A program made the position numbers and the translations under genes. Below the pieces are notes generated by a model. That model did no database searches and was not told the DNA's origin. It saw nothing but the letters and a program-made list of their open reading frames with translations. Of a DNA stretch of 218 bases, positions 1-218 are shown piece by piece. The stretch is from a phage. The stretch lies in the sequence record M25604.1, one strand, 5' to 3'. Numbering within the stretch: the stretch's first letter is position 1; each line of letters starts with the position of its first letter.

Positions 1-11
1 GGGGACCCCCC
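1..11. repeat. 5' arm of terminal inverted repeat (ggggacccccc)
   Basis: Pairs with 207-218: g1-4 with c215-218, a5 with t214, c6-11 with g207-212, with t213 as a single bulge. Gives an 11-bp helix joining the two window ends. Confidence 0.6.
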
Positions 12-21
12 GGAAGGGGGG
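6..21. other. Stem-loop H0: 6-bp G/C stem (6-11 with 16-21), loop ggaa (GNRA-type on + strand)
   Basis: cccccc-ggaa-gggggg is perfectly complementary. Competes with the terminal helix for the C-run at 6-11. Confidence 0.5.
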
Positions 22-41
22 ACGAGGTGCGGGCACCTCGT
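22..41. other. Stem-loop H1: 8-bp stem (22-29 with 34-41), loop cggg
   Basis: acgaggtg is the exact reverse complement of cacctcgt; no mismatches. Confidence 0.6.
23..29 (+). repeat. Direct repeat copy 1 of cgaggtg
   Basis: Identical 7-mer at 191-197; both are complementary to cacctcg at 34-40. Confidence 0.6.
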
Positions 42-53
42 ACGGGAGTTCGA

Positions 54-69
54 CCGTGACGAGTCACGG
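54..69. other. Stem-loop H2: 6-bp stem (54-59 with 64-69), loop cgag; 16-bp palindrome
   Basis: ccgtga pairs with tcacgg; the whole ccgtgac-ga-gtcacgg is a palindrome with a 2-nt centre. Confidence 0.55.
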
Positions 70-72
70 GCT

Positions 73-86
73 AGCGCTTTCGCGCT
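73..86. other. Stem-loop H3: 5-bp stem (73-77 with 82-86), loop tttc
   Basis: agcgc pairs with gcgct. Not followed by a T-run, so not an intrinsic terminator. Confidence 0.5.
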
Positions 87-90
87 CTCC

Positions 91-97
91 AGGTGAC
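91..97 (+). repeat. Direct repeat copy 1 of aggtgac
   Basis: Identical 7-mer at 193-199; the shorter gtgac also occurs at 56-60. Confidence 0.5.
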
Positions 98-119
98 GCC
101 TCGTGAAGAGGCGCGACCT
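91..119. other. Stem-loop H4: two-part stem, outer 91-94 with 116-119 and inner 97-102 with 108-113, separated by a 2x2 internal loop; apical loop gtgaa
   Basis: aggt pairs with acct and cgcctc with gaggcg; internal loop is ga (95-96) opposite cg (114-115). The only hairpin here with an internal loop. Confidence 0.55.
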
Positions 120-142
120 TCGTGCGTTTCGGCGACGCACGA
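120..142. other. Stem-loop H5: 8-bp stem (120-127 with 135-142), 7-nt loop ttcggcg
   Basis: tcgtgcgt is the exact reverse complement of acgcacga. Directly abuts H4, so coaxial stacking is possible. Confidence 0.6.
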
Positions 143-147
143 GAACC

Positions 148-170
148 GCCACGCTGCTTCGCAGCGTGGC
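148..170. other. Stem-loop H6: 10-bp stem (148-157 with 161-170), loop ttc; 23-bp perfect palindrome
   Basis: gccacgctgc is the exact reverse complement of gcagcgtggc. Longest perfect stem in the window. Confidence 0.65.
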
Positions 171-171
171 C

Positions 172-195
172 CTTCGCGCAGCCCGCTGCGCGAGG
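172..195. other. Stem-loop H7: 7-bp core stem (175-181 with 186-192), loop cccg, extendable to 172-195
   Basis: cgcgcag pairs with ctgcgcg. Extension adds t174-a193, t173-g194 (wobble, RNA only) and c172-g195. Confidence 0.55.
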
Positions 196-199
196 TGAC
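191..199 (+). repeat. Direct repeat copy 2 of cgaggtg, overlapping aggtgac copy 2
   Basis: cgaggtg at 191-197 matches 23-29; aggtgac at 193-199 matches 91-97. Confidence 0.6.
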
Positions 200-212
200 C
201 CCCGAAGGGGGG
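199..212. other. Stem-loop H8: 5-bp G/C stem (199-203 with 208-212), loop gaag
   Basis: ccccc-gaag-ggggg. Competes with the terminal helix for the G-run at 207-212. Confidence 0.5.
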
Positions 213-218
213 TTCCCC
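207..218. repeat. 3' arm of terminal inverted repeat (ggggggttcccc)
   Basis: Reverse complement is ggggaacccccc versus 5' ggggacccccc, i.e. a single-base indel difference. Confidence 0.6.

Larger units (their letters stand above)
1..218. ncRNA. Candidate complete small structured RNA or palindromic element of unknown function; strand not determinable
   Basis: Window edges coincide with a terminal inverted repeat; nine local hairpins cover about 82% of bases; no ATG on either strand; no match I recognise to rRNA, tRNA, RNase P, tmRNA, 6S or common ribozyme cores. Confidence 0.3.

Noticed and set aside
42-60. tRNA T-arm-like motif gagttcgacc
   Set aside because: The adjacent bases do not form the 5-bp T-stem around a 7-nt loop, and no acceptor, D or anticodon arms with cloverleaf geometry can be built.
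73-170. Rho-independent terminators at the GC-rich hairpins H3, H5 and H6
   Set aside because: No hairpin is followed by a T-run on the + strand or preceded by an A-run (which would be a T-run on the - strand). T residues lie in the loops instead.
1-218. Protein-coding region, especially the fully stop-free frame on the minus strand (72 codons)
   Set aside because: No ATG exists on either strand. The only stops are forward TGA at 57, 94, 104 and 196 and TAG at 72, and reverse-strand stops at forward 64-66 and 71-73. Open frames are expected by chance at about 71% GC. The open minus-strand frame translates to an Arg/Ala/Ser-rich low-complexity peptide with third-position GC of only about 76% and four CGA codons, which is not like a real high-GC gene. 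Dense perfect palindromes are also atypical of coding sequence. I cannot fully exclude that the window lies inside a larger GC-rich ORF without flanking sequence.
1-218. CRISPR array
   Set aside because: There are no regularly spaced identical direct repeats of 24-48 bp. The repeated units are only 7-mers and the hairpins all differ in sequence.
1-218. Hammerhead or other small self-cleaving ribozyme, as expected for a viroid-like satellite RNA
   Set aside because: The hammerhead core ctgatga is absent on both strands (its complement tcatcag is not in the sequence). I recognise no HDV-like, twister or hairpin-ribozyme core, though these are hard to exclude by eye and a covariance-model search would be needed.
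1-218. Integron attC site or insertion-sequence terminal inverted repeats
   Set aside because: No GTTRRRY core sites are present (the only gtt occurrences are followed by c or t). At 218 bp it is too short to encode a transposase, so only a non-autonomous MITE-like interpretation remains possible.
1-218. Sigma-70 style promoter (-35 and -10 boxes)
   Set aside because: There are no AT-rich hexamers resembling ttgaca or tataat; the window has only 63 A+T bases, mostly isolated.

Overview
218-nt, very GC-rich window (about 71% G+C by hand count) that looks like a complete, self-contained structured element rather than a gene fragment. No protein-coding gene, rRNA, tRNA, CRISPR array, promoter or intrinsic terminator can be supported. 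The two ends are complementary to each other (1-11 with 207-218), and about 82% of the bases (179/218) fall in nine consecutive, almost perfectly Watson-Crick hairpins. Short direct repeats (cgaggtg, aggtgac, ttcg) recur at hairpin boundaries and loops. There is no ATG on either strand, and the only stop-free frame has weak, Arg-rich, non-coding-like codon usage. Identity cannot be determined from sequence alone: candidates are a retron-like msr/msd ncRNA, a small circular or satellite-like RNA, a MITE/REP-like palindromic DNA element, or a designed construct. All structures were derived by manual complementarity inspection; no folding energies or database searches were run.
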